Below are positions 59,801 to 64,000 of a DNA stretch of 64,000 nucleotides, piece by piece. The number at the start of each line of letters is the position of its first letter. Position 1 is the stretch's first letter. The position numbers and the translations under genes were made by a program. The notes below the pieces were generated by a model that was not told the DNA's origin, searched no databases, and saw nothing but the letters and a program-made list of their open reading frames with translations. This DNA is from Catajapyx aquilonaris (lineage: Eukaryota): the NCBI GenBank assembly GCA_000934665.2, contig KZ537966.1, positions 1-64,000 of the forward strand, given 5' to 3'.

Positions 59801-62800
59801 TCCCGGGATGAGAAGCAACAGGGGAGTAGCTCCAAATTAAGTCGTGGAGGCCCTGACACGCTCAACCCTCCATCACCGTCTCCGTAGCCGACAAGGCACA
59901 ATTAGTCCGGTGCAAAAAGACAGCGACGACGAACCAGGGGGTAAAGAAGGAAAGGACGAAAAGGAATGGCGACTTTGTGTGCCAGTTTTCGCCAAAAGGA
60001 CCTTTTGGGCAAGTCCCGTCACGCTTCTCTGGAGCTAGGAACATCTGGCTTCTCCCGGACGAATAAGGAGTATTTTGAGCTCTGATCCGCGAGGCACAAT
60101 GGAAAGGATAAAGATGCGGAGGACACGTCCAGGCCTTCGGATATTGGTCCCCGGGAAATGAGGAACTCGATGCCCAATTCCCAGAGTGGATCAGTGGATC
60201 GTCGGTAACTACCGGCGCCACTTGGGAATACAGATGTCGTCTTCTTCCAATACTTCCAAACGTGACGTAATCTACCTCCTTCTTTCCCTTCGTTTTATCA
60301 TCGCGGGATGAGCGGGGCATAAGAATTTGCGAGGAAGCCCCCTCAGCGGTCGAACCTCTTTAAACTTGGCCGCCTTCCCACTGTGCGGTGCTTTACTGTG
60401 CAGCTTGTGTACTGTATCAAGGCGGCCCCTGAATTATGTATGCCATCAGGAAAACCTTTTAGTTCAAGTTATTGCATTCCCGATTGTTAGTTTCAGAGGG
60501 AAAAAAGAGAAAAGGGAGAGACAGAGAAAAAAAAATGCGCTGACGAGAAAAGCTCCTAAAACTTGGTGCTATCGTTATAAATAGGAAAATACCATGCTGT
60601 GTAATCACCAGAAAATATGCCTAACAGTATTTAAAAACCATCAATGCAAACTCAGTCTCTGCAATAAAATTTTGAAATCATCCGGATGGAGACTTTCCAA
60701 AAAATTGGTCCTTTGCACTATAAAACCCTGTGGTAAATCCAGTTTTTTCGAGAGATTTCCGCCAGAACGATATCAGCAAATGCAATGTGCATAATGGAAT
60801 ATCCGATGGCATGGCTCAACTTGCTGCTATACACTCCCTGCACGATTTCGCAGGGAGACAGGTATAGCCTGAAGTTTAGAGAAATTAAGTCAGTCATGAA
60901 TGGACACGTTGACAAGCGGAACTAAATTTTGGAATATTTCGCTTCAACTCATCTCCAGAGGGCACAATAATTGATATCTTACAAAGTCACATTTTGACTG
61001 AAATCCCAGCAACGAACTTAGTAGGTACATCTACAATTTCGCACACTTGTTACAAACACATCCGATGCCAGACCTTTCCGTATACACTGCCCATTCAACT
61101 CCCGAGCAACTACCGCTAGTAACAATGGAAGTTGTCCATAATTCATCCGCAAAACTCTAAAATGAAATACTGCATTGTGCCGGACACAATTTTACACAAT
61201 TCGAGGAGGATTTCAGTAACAAATCACAAAACCTGACTATATACTGCTCGAAACCTCCCACAAATCCATGCCCATCCTAATCCCAAAAAATCCACACAAA
61301 CAGTACTCTACAGTCTATACACACAGGGTACCGATGCTCTCTGTGCGTGTACCAGCAAGCCAACGCAAATAAATCTAAAATGCCCAAAGTTTCGTGGACT
61401 TGACAAGTTATCTGTGGCGCGTCTCTCTAGCAATAGTGCAGTGCATTTGTCGGGCCCCCTCGCGGTGGCTTTGTGAAGTGTTGCATAGACGCCAGGATAG
61501 AGCCCTCGCACTCTACTCTCGCAAAGTGCCTTTCCAGAGTGTCTGAATAGCTCCAGTGACGCTCTAATCGGCACGGATTCTACGACTACCTGGATGTCGG
61601 CCGTTTTATCTCCGCTTTCGCCAAAGCGGGGGAGTTATTAGCGCATTAACGATCCCGCCCGTCAAATGGATCCTGGCAAAGTTGGCGGCGTGCCTGAATC
61701 TCGTTCGAGTCAAAAGACGCCCCTGTTCCGTCAAGTCGAGGCAGCCTCATCCATCTCACGGCTCAACTTGTTGAAAAAGCCCCTGGATATCATCAGGCAG
61801 GCGGTCCCCACCGCCCTTAAAACGCCCGCACTCCACAGTTACAATGTACGGAGAATGCATTCGTAATTCAGCCTGCCCTACTTCTTTTCAGAGACACCCA
61901 AAATCCTTACCACCTCATAACTTGTGTCGTGGCTCTCAGCCAAGAAAGAAGTCCCTCGTATACTTGGGTCACCTTTATATATTTTTTAAAAAAAGTGAGT
62001 GCATCGATGAAGTGTGAAGCAGTTGCCTCCGGTGCCATCTAACCGTGACAAGGCAGTAATATTAAAACAGATTAGCGGAGAGATGACATCGGCGGATATT
62101 AACCTCGTTTATCACGTAGAAGCACACGGCTTCCCCTGATAAAATTCGACACCTTTTTCCGTTAGCCCGTCCATCAGGGTTCCAACAGCCGCATCTCCCT
62201 CCAGAGATCACAATGGGGGACTCTCTGGGCCGAAATAATCTTACACATGCATAGTATCGCATTGTCACCAACTGACTTATTACCGGGTCTCCAAGCACAG
62301 GGTATAAGCCACGAATTGTAGTGTAGATGTGGATAAATAGCGTGGAGGAAACCAGCAGTGTTTGCCCACCATTATGCATCGAATTTTGACGTCGTTTGCC
62401 CAACCCATTGGCATAAGTCGCTGGTTGCCAGGACAGCCGGATACATGTGTCGCGATGCATATTATCAGCCGCACAAAAATTGCCATCCATTTTCCCCACC
62501 AACTTTAATCAACCCCCGTGACGTTTTCTGGGGAGGGCTTGTAAGTAATAGCAAACACGAGACACCGTTTGGCGAGAGACTCCAACAAATAGTTGGCGAC
62601 ATAAATCAATGTGTTGGTGGTTGGTAGGGGGGTTAGAAAGACCCCCTCCCAACGCCTCCCACAGGGCATAGGGAAAAAGTTTGCTAACCACTTTGGGGCC
62701 AGAGGATAGGTGGTGTGTTGTAAATGGAAGGAGATATTCGCAGCACAAACGGTGCTCCGATTCGGGAGTGAATAATTCAGCAGTTAAACACCGCCAGACC

Positions 62801-64000
62801 TGTAAAAGGGAAGTCGAGGCCCCAGCTCTTCTCTGATTGTGCGCCGCATCCTCATTCCTTGATTATCTGTAGAGAAGAAAAAATGGCTGCCGAAAAAGTT
62901 TAGGCCGGCATCGTCTTGCTCGGCCGCGCATCATCGTCGTAATGCTGGACCGCAGAGTGCATGTTAAGAAGAATCTACAACGCTCCTGGGAACACAGGCT
63001 GCTGTTTACAGCCAGTATTAAAACCCCGGCACGCTCCCGTGCTCCCAAACTCTTTGCTCGCCAAATTAAATGCAAGGAATGCACCTCCGCAACCCATCAC
63101 TTTTGGCCTAAACAGATAGTCTCGCTCGTCAATGACACCGCAATGAATTCGGCAAAAAAGCATTAAGCGGACCAAGTTATTTCAACTTGCCAACACGGAT
63201 GATGTAGAGGGTTGAGAAAAGTAAAAGGAGGGGTGGAAAGGATTAAGAAGAAGAGTAAAGCAAAAAAAAAGGGGGAGGAAAGAAGTTGGGGAGCTCGCAC
63301 TCCTGGATCTAATCCAATCAGCACTTTCGCAGAACTTTTTATTGGTTCAGAAATGACCGTGTTTTCTTCAAGTGCTGCCGCTTGAGCGGCTCAAAGAAAG
63401 GGAGCGAGAAGAGCGTGCCGGGTCAAAACAAAACCGCCGCCCAAAAATTATCCGGAGAGAAAGTGATGGGAGAGTAGCCAAAAAATATATATATATAAGT
63501 TATATGGAGGGCCCAAACCATTAAATTGCAGTGGACACGAGTAAGGCGTGTCGTCCAAATTCCCACCTGAGCCCAATAATGGAAATGCATGCACTTATCT
63601 GCTCGAATACAGTAATTATGCAAACGAGGATCGATCATTTGAGGGGACCTCAACCCAACCTGTCAATACCAATTCGCACCCACTCTATCTCGACTTTTTT
63701 TACGCCTTAATTCTCAAATCAAGGGCAGTGAAGTTATATCCACTCTCCTGTCAACAGCAGCTACATATAGCCATGGCATATAATAATACTGTACAGCAAT
63801 GCCAATTGCACAAATTATCAAGCATGAACATCCACAGCCTCAAACTTCCATAAGAACCGTGCCCTCTCCGAAGCACCGCAAAACTCATTTGATCACACAA
63901 TGTCAAGTCTTTGTGTGCAATGGCAGTATTTTCTTCCACGACCGTAATTAATTTCTCATAAACGGAGAACCCCGACTCTGAAAATCCTCGTAGCCCATTT

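Noticed and set aside
1..64000. tRNA, rRNA, snRNA genes, CRISPR arrays, RT or transposase ORFs
   Set aside because: None recognised by eye. A covariance-model search (Infernal/Rfam, tRNAscan-SE) would be needed to exclude small ncRNAs.

Overview
Eukaryotic genomic DNA, most likely an arthropod (inferred from the protein sequence and a TTAGG repeat). The window is dominated by one minus-strand gene, a calmodulin-binding transcription activator (CAMTA: CG-1 DNA-binding domain, TIG/IPT, ankyrin repeats, IQ motifs). I reconstructed 16 coding exons by hand from 56849 down to 8127. All junctions are GT-AG and all phases join into one open frame of about 1517 codons. The ATG-bearing first exon was not found. 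The CG-1 exons are spread over ~41 kb (introns of 24.2, 5.3 and 10.9 kb), while most 3' exons are separated by introns of 61-367 nt. Downstream lie a probable multi-kb 3' UTR and a cluster of small non-autonomous DNA-transposon copies. The most unusual observation is two unrelated intronic sites (26928-27056, 31296-31399) with the same architecture: two perfect hairpins fused through a short shared sequence (A-A'-C'-C). This looks like a two-ended fold-back DNA-repair or transposon-excision scar. Several candidate alternative-splicing events are also visible. I saw no RNA genes, CRISPR arrays or intact transposase/RT ORFs. I cannot claim a new biological system from this window.
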